From: Elainellales cyanobacterium
Lineage (GTDB): Bacteria > Cyanobacteriota > Cyanobacteriia > Elainellales > Elainellaceae
DNA: 64,000 nucleotides
Assembly: GCA_041746655.1 (NCBI GenBank)
Contig: JBGTGR010000003.1
Coordinates: forward strand, 36,275-100,274
Reading direction: 5' to 3'
The position numbers and the translations under genes were made by a program. Every line of letters begins with the position of its first letter. The first letter of the stretch is position 1. Under the pieces are notes generated by a model. The model had not been told where the DNA came from. It made no database searches and saw only the letters and a program-made list of their open reading frames with translations. Below are positions 26,221-34,508 of the stretch, piece after piece.

Positions 26221-27135
26221 CTAATCCATGCTAATCGCAACGGTTTTGAGCAGCGCCAGCGGGCCTTGAGCTTTGATCTGGTTGAGTTGCTGTTCGTTTC
26301 GAGCCAGGAAGGTTCCGGCAAATCCCAGCGCGTTGACCGAGATCTCGCCGAAACTTTCTGCGGTACGGGGTATGACCATCATCCAGCGGCGGGTGGCGAG
26401 CAGGTTATAGGCTTTGGGCGTAGAGTCGTGCCAAAGGTGAGTTGCTTTGAGAAGGGTCTGGTAGCGATCGCAGGTGAGCTGTCCGGCCTGAGCCAGATCG
26501 TTGGCCCAGTCGGGATCGAGGGGGGCGATCGTATGTAAAAAGGGCAAATCGGGGCTAATGCCGATACCGTCTGAAAACTGAGCGGTGGCGATCGCGGCTT
26601 CAATCGGAACTGCCGGACCTTGGGGAAGCAATGGCAGGGGGACAAGCTGGAGGTGCTTGTGGCGCTGGCTCGCTCCGGCGATGGTGCCCGCATTGTAGAA
26701 GGCCAGCCCATCCATTTGAGCCAGACAGGCCCACAGGGCGGTAAAGTCTTGCAGGGTAATCAGAGAGTCCTGCGCTTCAAAGGCGCGCGTCACGATCAGC
26801 AGGTGGTGATCCATGACGTTGTATTTGTTGAGCAGGCAAACGTGGGTTTCAGACAGCTCTGCCACAAACAGTTTTTCGTCGTAGGGCAGGAACGGGTTGA
26901 AGTCTTTGCCCCTGGAAGATTTTTGCTGTTCGGCCTTGGCTTGATCTTTGCGAATCAGGCTGGGTAAAACCCGCACCAAAAAGCGAATGTTGCCGTCGTC
27001 TACATATTCAGATTCAGTGTCGATCGGTTCTAGTGCACCACAATTCAACGCCTGTTGGGTTGTTTGCCGAGCCAGATCCCAGAGCGTGCCGGGTTCTAAG
27101 AGGATTTCTGGAGTGGGAAAAAATTCTGCAGACAT
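26221..27135 (-). CDS. ATP adenylyltransferase / Ap4A phosphorylase II (Apa2-like)
   Basis: NKYNVMDHHLLIVTRAFE and the HIT-like SQRHKHLQLVPLP motif. Confidence 0.75.
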   Translation of the reverse strand: MSAEFFPTPEILLEPGTLWDLARQTTQQALNCGALEPIDTESEYVDDGNIRFLVRVLPSLIRKDQAKAEQQKSSRGKDFNPFLPYDEKLFVAELSETHVCLLNKYNVMDHHLLIVTRAFEAQDSLITLQDFTALWACLAQMDGLAFYNAGTIAGASQRHKHLQLVPLPLLPQGPAVPIEAAIATAQFSDGIGISPDLPFLHTIAPLDPDWANDLAQAGQLTCDRYQTLLKATHLWHDSTPKAYNLLATRRWMMVIPRTAESFGEISVNALGFAGTFLARNEQQLNQIKAQGPLALLKTVAISMD

Positions 27136-27164
27136 GCGGATGAAACAGTGGGGATCGGGTTCTT

Positions 27165-27863
27165 ATGATAGCGGCGTGGCTCTACTCCAGAATAGTGATC
27201 GTGAAACAAGATTTTGATATCGATCGGGCGATCGCCCAGATTCGGCAAGCGATACAGCCGTTCCCGAAGGCTGCCATGTTTGAGCTGGCCGAGCGGGGAT
27301 ATAGTTCACCGTTTGAGCAACTGGTGGGCTGTATCCTCTCCATTCGGACCTACGATGAGGTGAGTTTGCCCGTGGCCTGTCGGCTGTTGGCAGCGGCCCG
27401 GACTCCGGCGGCCATGAGTCAGCTTACGCCCACAGAAATCGAACGGCTGATCCAGGACTGCACGTTTCATGAGGGGAAAGCGCAGCAGATTCATGCGATC
27501 GCCTGCCGCGTCGTTGAAGACTATGGTGGTGAGTTGCCTTGCGAGGTTGAGACGCTGCTTTCTTTTAAGGGGGTCGGGCCAAAGTGCGCCCATCTGACGC
27601 TAGGCATTGCCTGCGGTCAGCCTTACATTAGCGTCGATATCCATGTGCATCGGGTCACAAATCGCTGGGGCTACGTGCAGACGCGATCGCCAGAGAAGAC
27701 CACCGTAGCGCTAGAGAAAAATCTGCCACAAGCTTACTGGATCGAGATCAACCAGCTATTAGTGCCATTTGGCAAACATATCTGTACGGGAACTCGGCCC
27801 CACTGTTCGACCTGCCCATTGCTGGAGATGTGTCAGCAGGTCGGTGTTGAGAGCCATCGCTAA
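27165..27863 (+). CDS. nth: Endonuclease III (HhH-GPD DNA glycosylase with 4Fe-4S cluster)
   Basis: HhH region LLSFKGVGPKCAHL and Fe-S loop CTGTRPHCSTCPLLEMC. The start is uncertain; a GTG at 27201 is possible. Confidence 0.85.
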   Translation: MIAAWLYSRIVIVKQDFDIDRAIAQIRQAIQPFPKAAMFELAERGYSSPFEQLVGCILSIRTYDEVSLPVACRLLAAARTPAAMSQLTPTEIERLIQDCTFHEGKAQQIHAIACRVVEDYGGELPCEVETLLSFKGVGPKCAHLTLGIACGQPYISVDIHVHRVTNRWGYVQTRSPEKTTVALEKNLPQAYWIEINQLLVPFGKHICTGTRPHCSTCPLLEMCQQVGVESHR

Positions 27864-27964
27864 GCGATCGCCCACTCGTTTTTGTACAATTCAAGTGCAG
27901 CCGTTCAGGTGTGCCTGTCTGGGTGTATCTGTCCGGGGGTATCTATGCAAAACGAGGGAGAACA

Positions 27965-28420
27965 ATGAGCTTAAGAAGCCAAATTGATGCCGATATCAAA
28001 ACTGCGATGAAAGCGAAGGACAAAATTCGCCTAGAAACCGTCCGCAGCATCAAAAAAGTTTTGCTAGAAAAAGAAGTGAGTCTGCGGCCTCAGGGCCAAG
28101 AGGAACTGACCGAGGCCCAAGAAATCGAGTTGCTCGCCCAGCAGGCCAAACAGCGTCGGGATTCGATTGAGCAATATCAAAAAGCAGGTCGAGAAGACTT
28201 GGCGCAGCAAGAGTCTCAAGAGCTGGAAATCATTGAATCTTACCTGCCGCAGCAGCTATCAGATCAAGAAGTCGGCACCATTATTGATGAAATCATTGCC
28301 CAAGTGGGAGCCTCTTCTGCCAAAGATATGGGCAAGGTGATGGGGCCTGCCATGCAGCGTTTGAAAGGTCGCACCGACGGGCAGAAGATTCAGGCAATGG
28401 TGAAAGAGAAATTGGGATAG
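27965..28420 (+). CDS. GatB/YqeY domain protein
   Basis: MSLRSQIDADIKTAMKAKDKIRLETVRSIK... is typical of YqeY. GAGGGAGA RBS upstream of the ATG at 27965. Confidence 0.8.
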   Translation: MSLRSQIDADIKTAMKAKDKIRLETVRSIKKVLLEKEVSLRPQGQEELTEAQEIELLAQQAKQRRDSIEQYQKAGREDLAQQESQELEIIESYLPQQLSDQEVGTIIDEIIAQVGASSAKDMGKVMGPAMQRLKGRTDGQKIQAMVKEKLG

Positions 28421-28437
28421 GAAAAATCATGCGAGAT

Positions 28438-28923
28438 TCACCACCAGCGCAATTCCAGGTAGTTGCGTTCGGGTTGGTTTAGCTCTTCTTCGGTCAGCCA
28501 TTCAACGGGTTTGTACGTACGGAAAATGTGATCCCACCAATCCACACCGAGGCCAAAGTTGTGATGCCACATGCCATATTTGTGATGGACATAGTGGACA
28601 GGCATCTTCATCCAAAAGCACTTGCGAGGGTTTTCGTGCTGAAGCTGATGGGCATAGGCCGAAAATAGCGCGTAGGCGATCGCCCCCAGCATCCATCCTA
28701 GTCCTGCCTGCCAGGACAGCAAAAAGGGAATAAACATCGCGATCGCACTGCCCTTGACGTAGTCGCGAAATTCCCACACGACACCCTGACCTTCATTGCG
28801 GCGGTGATGATCGCGATGGCGCTCCCCAATCTTTTCGGAGACATGCATGAGTCGATGCAGCCAATATTCTACAAAGCTAGCCAGAACAAATGCACTGATA
28901 AAACAGGCGATCGCCACCATCAT
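28438..28923 (-). CDS. Fatty acid hydroxylase / sterol desaturase family membrane protein
   Basis: His boxes HRLMH, HRDHHRR and HYVHHKYGMWHHNFG. Start taken at the ATG at 28923, with AGGAGA 9 nt upstream. Confidence 0.7.
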   Translation of the reverse strand: MMVAIACFISAFVLASFVEYWLHRLMHVSEKIGERHRDHHRRNEGQGVVWEFRDYVKGSAIAMFIPFLLSWQAGLGWMLGAIAYALFSAYAHQLQHENPRKCFWMKMPVHYVHHKYGMWHHNFGLGVDWWDHIFRTYKPVEWLTEEELNQPERNYLELRWW

Positions 28924-29237
28924 AAAATTTGTCTCCTGACACACCAAAATCGCTGCTAGTATTTTGACATTTTTATTTGGGTCGGGGGTAAGAGACAGAA
29001 AGATGCTTCCCCAGACGTTCTCACGACTTCCGGCTTTTTCTGAGTTACCTAGTAGTAATACTTAAATTTTTGGGGCGGACAAAGCTATTTCAAGATTTTG
29101 ACGTGGCTTTTCCGGATACTGGGCAAAGTTTCTGTACTCGTTAGATAACGGAGCTTACGTATAATCTCGGTGCAGGCAGTCTAAAGAGCGGCTACTCAAA
29201 CTCAATAATTTTTATATCTAGCGATAAACAGGATGAT

Positions 29238-29537
29238 ATGCAGGCATTGATGCGCGAGCTTTCTTTGTCAGAACATTCGGTGGTGGTGGCGGTTCAAGGA
29301 CAAGTTTCTGCTGATTTGGCTGGAGAGGCTGTAGTGCTCAATCTTCAGTCAGGCGTATATTACGGTCTCAATGAAGTTGGGGCTCGCATTTGGGAACTGA
29401 TTCAGCAGCCGACTTCTGTTGTCATGCTTTGCGAGACGTTGCTGGCTGAATATGAGGTGGAGCCAGAGCGCTGTCAACAAGATCTGTTGCAGATTTGCCA
29501 AGACCTGATTGCCTCTGGATTGGCGGAGGTCTTATGA
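29238..29537 (+). CDS. Lasso peptide biosynthesis B1 protein (PqqD-family RiPP recognition element)
   Basis: 99 aa. GEAVVLNLQSGVYYGLNEVGARIWELI is a classic PqqD/RRE signature. Its stop overlaps the next ATG (ATGA at 29534-29537). Confidence 0.85.
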   Translation: MQALMRELSLSEHSVVVAVQGQVSADLAGEAVVLNLQSGVYYGLNEVGARIWELIQQPTSVVMLCETLLAEYEVEPERCQQDLLQICQDLIASGLAEVL

Positions 29538-30001
29538 AAGATCTGATGAAAGGTCTGTATTGGGTTTGGCGTCATAGAATCTGGCACTTGTCGGCGGGCG
29601 ATCGCCTCCTATTGCTACGAGCAGTCTTACGGCTGGGCTGGGTGCGATTGGGGCTATGGCTGCTGCCGTTTTCGGTGTGGCGAAACTGGTGGTTGCGATC
29701 GCCCGCCCCCTCAACCGATCTGCGTCCGGTGGTCACGGTGGCTCAAATTGCCTGGGCTGTAGCTGCTGCTAGTCGTCTGCAACCAGGAACCGCCAAGTGT
29801 TTGGCGAGGGCCTTAACGATGCAGGCTCTGCTCAAGCAATATAGCTATGCGGCGGATCTCCATGTGGGTGTCGCGAAGGGAGACCAAGGCCAGCTAGAGG
29901 CTCATGCCTGGGTTGAGGCTGAGGGCCGAGTGGTAATAGGACAGTTAAATGATTTGACCCGCTTTGTGCCGCTGCCGTCGCTGGTTGGAGGGCGATCATG
30001 A
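29534..30001 (+). CDS. Lasso peptide biosynthesis B2 protein (transglutaminase-like cysteine protease, leader peptidase)
   Basis: Trp/Arg/Leu-rich N-terminus, then GTAKCLARAL (Cys) ... LHVGV ... EAHAWVE (His), typical of PF13471 lasso B2 proteins. ATGA overlap with the cyclase start. Confidence 0.85.
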   Translation: MKDLMKGLYWVWRHRIWHLSAGDRLLLLRAVLRLGWVRLGLWLLPFSVWRNWWLRSPAPSTDLRPVVTVAQIAWAVAAASRLQPGTAKCLARALTMQALLKQYSYAADLHVGVAKGDQGQLEAHAWVEAEGRVVIGQLNDLTRFVPLPSLVGGRS

Positions 30002-32007
30002 GCGGCATCGTTGGGATCTATGGCTGCAATAGTCAACACCTCCACCAAGCTGAGTTGCAGCGGATGGTGGAGGTGTTGGCGCATCGAGGACCCGACGGTG
30101 CAGAAATGTGGCTGGAGGGAGCAATTGGGCTGGGGCATCGCATGCTGTGGACAACGCCTGAGTCTTTGCTGGAGCGCTTGCCCTGGGTGAGTTCGGGGGG
30201 CTGTGTGATTACGGCAGATGCCCGAATTGATAACCGAGAGGAGCTGATTGCAACGCTGGCAATGGGCGATCGCCCTGCCGAAAAAATCACCGACAGTGAG
30301 CTGATTGTGGCGGCGTATGAATGTTGGGGCGATCGCTGTCTTGATCACTTGTTGGGCGATTTCGCCTTTGCAATTTGGGACCCCCACCAACAGCAGTTGT
30401 TTTGTGCAAGAGATCATTTTGGTGTCAAGCCGTTTTACTACTACGCGCAAGAGGGTCAATTTATTTTTGCCTCAGAAATGAAGGCTATCTTGGCACTGCC
30501 ACAAGTGCCTCGCCGTATCAATGAGGTGCGGATTGGCGACTACCTCAGCATGGCAATGGAAGATCAGACGATCACCACCTATCAAGACATTCTGCGGCTG
30601 CCACCTGCCCATCAGATGACGGTTAGCTCAACGGGGCTACAGCTCCAATGCTATTGGTCACTCAACCCGACACAAGAGCTTTACTTGGAGTCGGATGCAG
30701 CCTATGCAGAGGCATTTCAGCGAATCTTTACCAAAGCGGTGCGCTGTCGGTTGCGGAGTACTTTTGCAATCGGGTCTCAGCTCAGTGGTGGTCTCGATTC
30801 TTCGGCAGTGACCTGTGTGGCCCGACAGCTTCTGGTTGAAGCAGAGCAAGCGCCACTGCATACGATTTCAAATATTTTTGACACCATTACTGAGTGCGAT
30901 GAGCGTCCCTACATTCAAGCTGTCCTGGCAGAGGGAGACTTGATCCCTCACTATGTGCAAGCTGATGAAGTCGGTCCATTGACAGACGTTAAAGAGATCT
31001 GGCAGTACGAAGATGAGGCCTTTACGGGGCCAAATCATTACCTGCCCTGGGGCCTCAACCGAGCGGCACAGCAGCATGGCCTGCGCGTAGTTTTAGACGG
31101 ATTTGATGGCGACACCACCGTTTCGCACGGATTGCTCCGCCTGTTAGAACTGCTCGATCAAGGTGACTGGCAAACCTTTGTTCAAGAAGCAGAGGCGATC
31201 GCCCCCCGTTTAGATCTCTCCGCTCAAGCGGTGATTCAAAGCTATAGCGAGCTGCATCTACAGCAATTGGCCAAGCAAGGACGATGGCGAGCCTGGATAT
31301 GGGCTGCTCGTCAGCTCAACAAATATTGTCGTGGGTTGCCCCAGCACCTCCTACTCAGAACCGGGCTCAAGCCGCTGATTCCCCACCGCCTCAAGCAGCT
31401 CTGGCAACGACTTCGTTCTGGCTCTTCCAGTGCCAGATCCATGCCCTGGATCAATCCCAGCTTTGCCCGTCAGATTGGCCTAGAGCAGCGAATCCAGGCT
31501 CAAGGGCAATCTTCCGACCCGCCATTGACGGTGAGAGAAGAACAATGGCGATCGCTCACCTCTGGCGTCCGCACCTACGTGCTAGAGCAAATGGATCGCT
31601 ATGCGGCTGCCTGTGGCCTGGAGATGCGCCATCCCTTTATGGACAAACGATTGATTGAGTTTTGTCTGGCACTGCCTGCCCAGCAAAAGCTAGACCAGGG
31701 CTGGAATCGTATCGTCATGCGTCGAGCCCTGACTGGAATTTTGCCGGAGGTCATCCAGTGGCGCAGCAGTAAAACAGACATGACGCCCAATTTTGTTCAT
31801 GGCTTGCTCGACCTCGATCGTCAATCTCTGGAGGCTGCAATTCTCAACCGCTCTAGCCTCCTAGAGAAGTATATGGATGCTGACTTTTTACAAACTGTTT
31901 ATCACCAGATTTCAACAGAAGGAAAAGTCGGAAACGGCGACCTGATGATGATTTGGCGAACTGCCATCTTGGCGCTGTGGCTTCACCAAGGTCAAGCGGT
32001 ACCATGA
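29998..32007 (+). CDS. Lasso peptide cyclase (asparagine-synthetase-like C protein)
   Basis: 669 aa. The N-terminus is MSGIVGIYG, with Ser where true AsnB has the Cys2 nucleophile. PP-loop SGGLDSS is present. The context is B1/B2/precursor. Confidence 0.9.
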   Translation: MSGIVGIYGCNSQHLHQAELQRMVEVLAHRGPDGAEMWLEGAIGLGHRMLWTTPESLLERLPWVSSGGCVITADARIDNREELIATLAMGDRPAEKITDSELIVAAYECWGDRCLDHLLGDFAFAIWDPHQQQLFCARDHFGVKPFYYYAQEGQFIFASEMKAILALPQVPRRINEVRIGDYLSMAMEDQTITTYQDILRLPPAHQMTVSSTGLQLQCYWSLNPTQELYLESDAAYAEAFQRIFTKAVRCRLRSTFAIGSQLSGGLDSSAVTCVARQLLVEAEQAPLHTISNIFDTITECDERPYIQAVLAEGDLIPHYVQADEVGPLTDVKEIWQYEDEAFTGPNHYLPWGLNRAAQQHGLRVVLDGFDGDTTVSHGLLRLLELLDQGDWQTFVQEAEAIAPRLDLSAQAVIQSYSELHLQQLAKQGRWRAWIWAARQLNKYCRGLPQHLLLRTGLKPLIPHRLKQLWQRLRSGSSSARSMPWINPSFARQIGLEQRIQAQGQSSDPPLTVREEQWRSLTSGVRTYVLEQMDRYAAACGLEMRHPFMDKRLIEFCLALPAQQKLDQGWNRIVMRRALTGILPEVIQWRSSKTDMTPNFVHGLLDLDRQSLEAAILNRSSLLEKYMDADFLQTVYHQISTEGKVGNGDLMMIWRTAILALWLHQGQAVP

Positions 32008-32074
32008 CCAAAAATTAGGGCTGCAATACCAACTTCAAGACCTCACTAGAAGATTAAGAACAGGAGACTCCAGA

Positions 32075-32260
32075 ATGAAAAAGAGTTACACCCCCCCCAA
32101 AATCACAGTTCACGGCACTATTGAAGAACTCACCCAGTTCTTTGATGCCGTGTCGGCTAGAGACACACTATTTACTTCCGGAAACCCAGCAGGGATTGCT
32201 GGCGAAGGCTCGGCTGACTTCAGATGTCGAGCGGGTGGCGTCTGCGAGATTGAGCCTTAA
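32075..32260 (+). CDS. Lasso peptide precursor (A), 61 aa
   Basis: AGGAG RBS 8 nt upstream. MKKSYTPPKITVHGTIEELTQ fits the lasso leader motif YxxPx(L/I)x3Gx5Tx. Downstream sequence: FFDAVSARDTLFTSGNPAGIAGEGSADFRCRAGGVCEIEP. Confidence 0.8.
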   Translation: MKKSYTPPKITVHGTIEELTQFFDAVSARDTLFTSGNPAGIAGEGSADFRCRAGGVCEIEP

Positions 32261-32455
32261 TAACTAAGTCACACAGCTCAGACTGAGCCAACCCATTCTT
32301 TAGGCAGTGCATCTTGGGAACGTTGCTCCATCAGGCTAGCCCAGCTTTGTTCTCAACCTTTGTTCTGTTGGGAGAATTTTGCCCCACACGCAGCTCAAAG
32401 ACTTCTACCAAGCTGGGCCTACCTTTCCTCCAAATTCTTGCTTCGGCTATTGGTG

Positions 32456-33358
32456 ATGTACATCTACACGGCTTATCACCTTTGTATTCATTCCGAGTTC
32501 CCGCTCCAGGAACTGACGATTGCTGATGGGGCACCAGATGTAACGGTGCGGTTGGGCCAGATTAAAGCGTTGGCAGATGGACCGCTTAATGGTAAAAACA
32601 ATGATAAAAATCGAGTATTGGGAGAATTGTCCGGCATTGGGTGGTTCTTGATTGAGCAAGGACACACTATCACCATCGAACCTGAGCCGGGTGTTGATGA
32701 TTTAGCTTTGAGCCCTAACGTGTTGGGGCCTGCCATGTCGGTCCTCTTGCGACAAAGAGGATTATTGGTCTTACATGCCAGCAGTGTCGTGGTTGGAGGA
32801 GAGGCGATCGCCTTCCTGGGTGCCTCCGGTTGGGGTAAATCGACTCTAGCCAAAGCTTTTCACAATCAGGGCTATAGCGTTCTCACCGATGATGTGCTGG
32901 CCATTGATACCCACCCTGCTACACCTGTGGTGCTGCCAGGATTTCCTCAGCTCAAGCTCTGGCCCGATGCCGCTCTCTCATTAGGTTCCAACAATCTGCC
33001 ACCGCTCTTTCCCAATGCCTCTAAGCTTGCGTTTCGGTTTGACCAGGGCTTTCAACTGACGCCAATCCCTCTCCGGCGCATCTATGTACTGGCACGAGGA
33101 ATTGATCACAAAATTTCTCCCCTGGAGCCTCAAACAGCGCTAATCGAGCTGGTCCGCCATACTCGCATGGTCAATGTTTTAAAGGCACCCGAATTAGTGC
33201 GGGCGCACTTGCAGCAATGTGCGGATCTGGTGCAGCAGACATCAATCCGCCAGTTTACGCGGCAATTGTCACTGGCAGCCATGCCTGAATTGATTCAGCT
33301 GATCGAAGCCGATTTGGGCATCGGTAATGCGATCGCCTGCGAATCCTCACCCGGATAA
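32456..33358 (+). CDS. HPr-kinase-like (HprK C-terminal domain) protein, putative lasso peptide kinase
   Basis: LVLHASSVVVGGEAIAFLGASGWGKSTLAKAF carries the P-loop. Start taken at the ATG at 32456; the track ORF begins at a TTG at 32360. Confidence 0.7.
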   Translation: MYIYTAYHLCIHSEFPLQELTIADGAPDVTVRLGQIKALADGPLNGKNNDKNRVLGELSGIGWFLIEQGHTITIEPEPGVDDLALSPNVLGPAMSVLLRQRGLLVLHASSVVVGGEAIAFLGASGWGKSTLAKAFHNQGYSVLTDDVLAIDTHPATPVVLPGFPQLKLWPDAALSLGSNNLPPLFPNASKLAFRFDQGFQLTPIPLRRIYVLARGIDHKISPLEPQTALIELVRHTRMVNVLKAPELVRAHLQQCADLVQQTSIRQFTRQLSLAAMPELIQLIEADLGIGNAIACESSPG

Positions 33359-34508
33359 AGTCCCAACCGTAGTATTCATTTTCATCGCTGACCCGCCTCT
33401 TATGAATTTTTCGTTGGCCATTGCTCCAGAAAAAGAGCATCCAGAGGCAAGGCTGGTGCGCTGCTGCGCTCGAATGCAAATGAGTGCAGAGTGGGAAAAA
33501 GCCCTCCGCCAGACCCTCTTGCTGCCGATCGATTGGCCCCTGTTGACTCAAATTGCGCTCTGTCAGGGTATGATGCCCTTGCTCTATCGGAACTTGAAGG
33601 CCACTTGCCCTGAAGCCGTGCCCCCGGCTTGCTTGCGATCGCTCCAGCAACACTTTCAAGCCAATGCCCTGCACAGCTTGCCTTATGCACAGGAGCTATT
33701 GCACCTCTTGCGCCAGCTAGATGCCTCTCAAGTTCGCGCCATTCCTTACAAAGGCCCCATGCTAGCGGCGAAGGTTTATCACAATCTTTCACTGCGAGAG
33801 TTTTGTGATTTGGATATTTTGGTGCATGAGCAAGATGCAGCAAAGGCGATCGCCCTCCTCCAAAACGAAGGCTACGATTGCACAACTGCATCAGCCTGGG
33901 AACAAAACTTTTGCCACTATACCCGCAAAGTCAATGTTGACTTGCACTGGGGCATTACCCAGCCCTATCTCGCTTTTCCGATCGAGTTTGATCACCTATG
34001 GCAGCGACGGGAAACTGTTTTGATGTCGGGGGCCGAGGTGCCTAGCCTGTCGGCAGAAGATTTGCTAATAGTGTTGGTGGTGCAAGTTGCCAAAGATGGC
34101 TGGTGCAGACAGTCTCAGCTGATTAAAGTCTGCGATGTGGCTGAGCTGATCCATTCGCGGCCCGAGCTCAACTGGGATTGGGTAATGGCAGAGGCTCGCC
34201 GCAAGGGAAGCTTACGCATACTATTTTTGGGATTGTTAATTGCGACTGAGGTGTTGGGCGCACCCCTACCGCCAGAAATTGCTATGCAAGTCCGGGCTGA
34301 TGCCACGATTCGAGGGTTGGCCGCCAGAATCCAACAGCAACTCTTTGAGGCTCGATGGCTGACCTCAATGGCCTCTAAAGGCATCTTGCAAGTCTTGAAA
34401 GATCGGGCTGATACGGCTGTGTTCCCGCTCCAGATGAGAGAACGCTGGCAGGATCAAGTCCCTTACTTACTGCACGGCTTGAAGACTTTAGTTGCTCAGC
34501 GAGATTGA
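33327..34508 (+). CDS. Uncharacterised nucleotidyltransferase family protein (PF14907/NTP_transf_5-like), lasso-cluster-associated
   Basis: FCDLDILVHEQDAAKAIALLQNEGY is typical of this family. The start is either the ATG at 33327 (32-nt overlap with the kinase) or the ATG at 33402. Confidence 0.6.
   Translation: MRSPANPHPDKVPTVVFIFIADPPLMNFSLAIAPEKEHPEARLVRCCARMQMSAEWEKALRQTLLLPIDWPLLTQIALCQGMMPLLYRNLKATCPEAVPPACLRSLQQHFQANALHSLPYAQELLHLLRQLDASQVRAIPYKGPMLAAKVYHNLSLREFCDLDILVHEQDAAKAIALLQNEGYDCTTASAWEQNFCHYTRKVNVDLHWGITQPYLAFPIEFDHLWQRRETVLMSGAEVPSLSAEDLLIVLVVQVAKDGWCRQSQLIKVCDVAELIHSRPELNWDWVMAEARRKGSLRILFLGLLIATEVLGAPLPPEIAMQVRADATIRGLAARIQQQLFEARWLTSMASKGILQVLKDRADTAVFPLQMRERWQDQVPYLLHGLKTLVAQRD

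Noticed and set aside
29902-30459. 185-aa ORF antisense to the B2/cyclase junction
   Set aside because: It is fully antisense to two translationally coupled, family-assignable genes. There is no RBS and the composition is arbitrary.
32314-32534. ORFs between the precursor and the kinase (70 aa plus strand, 67 aa minus strand) as possible second precursors or immunity peptides
   Set aside because: They have no YxxPxL leader motif and no RBS, and they overlap the kinase reading frame.
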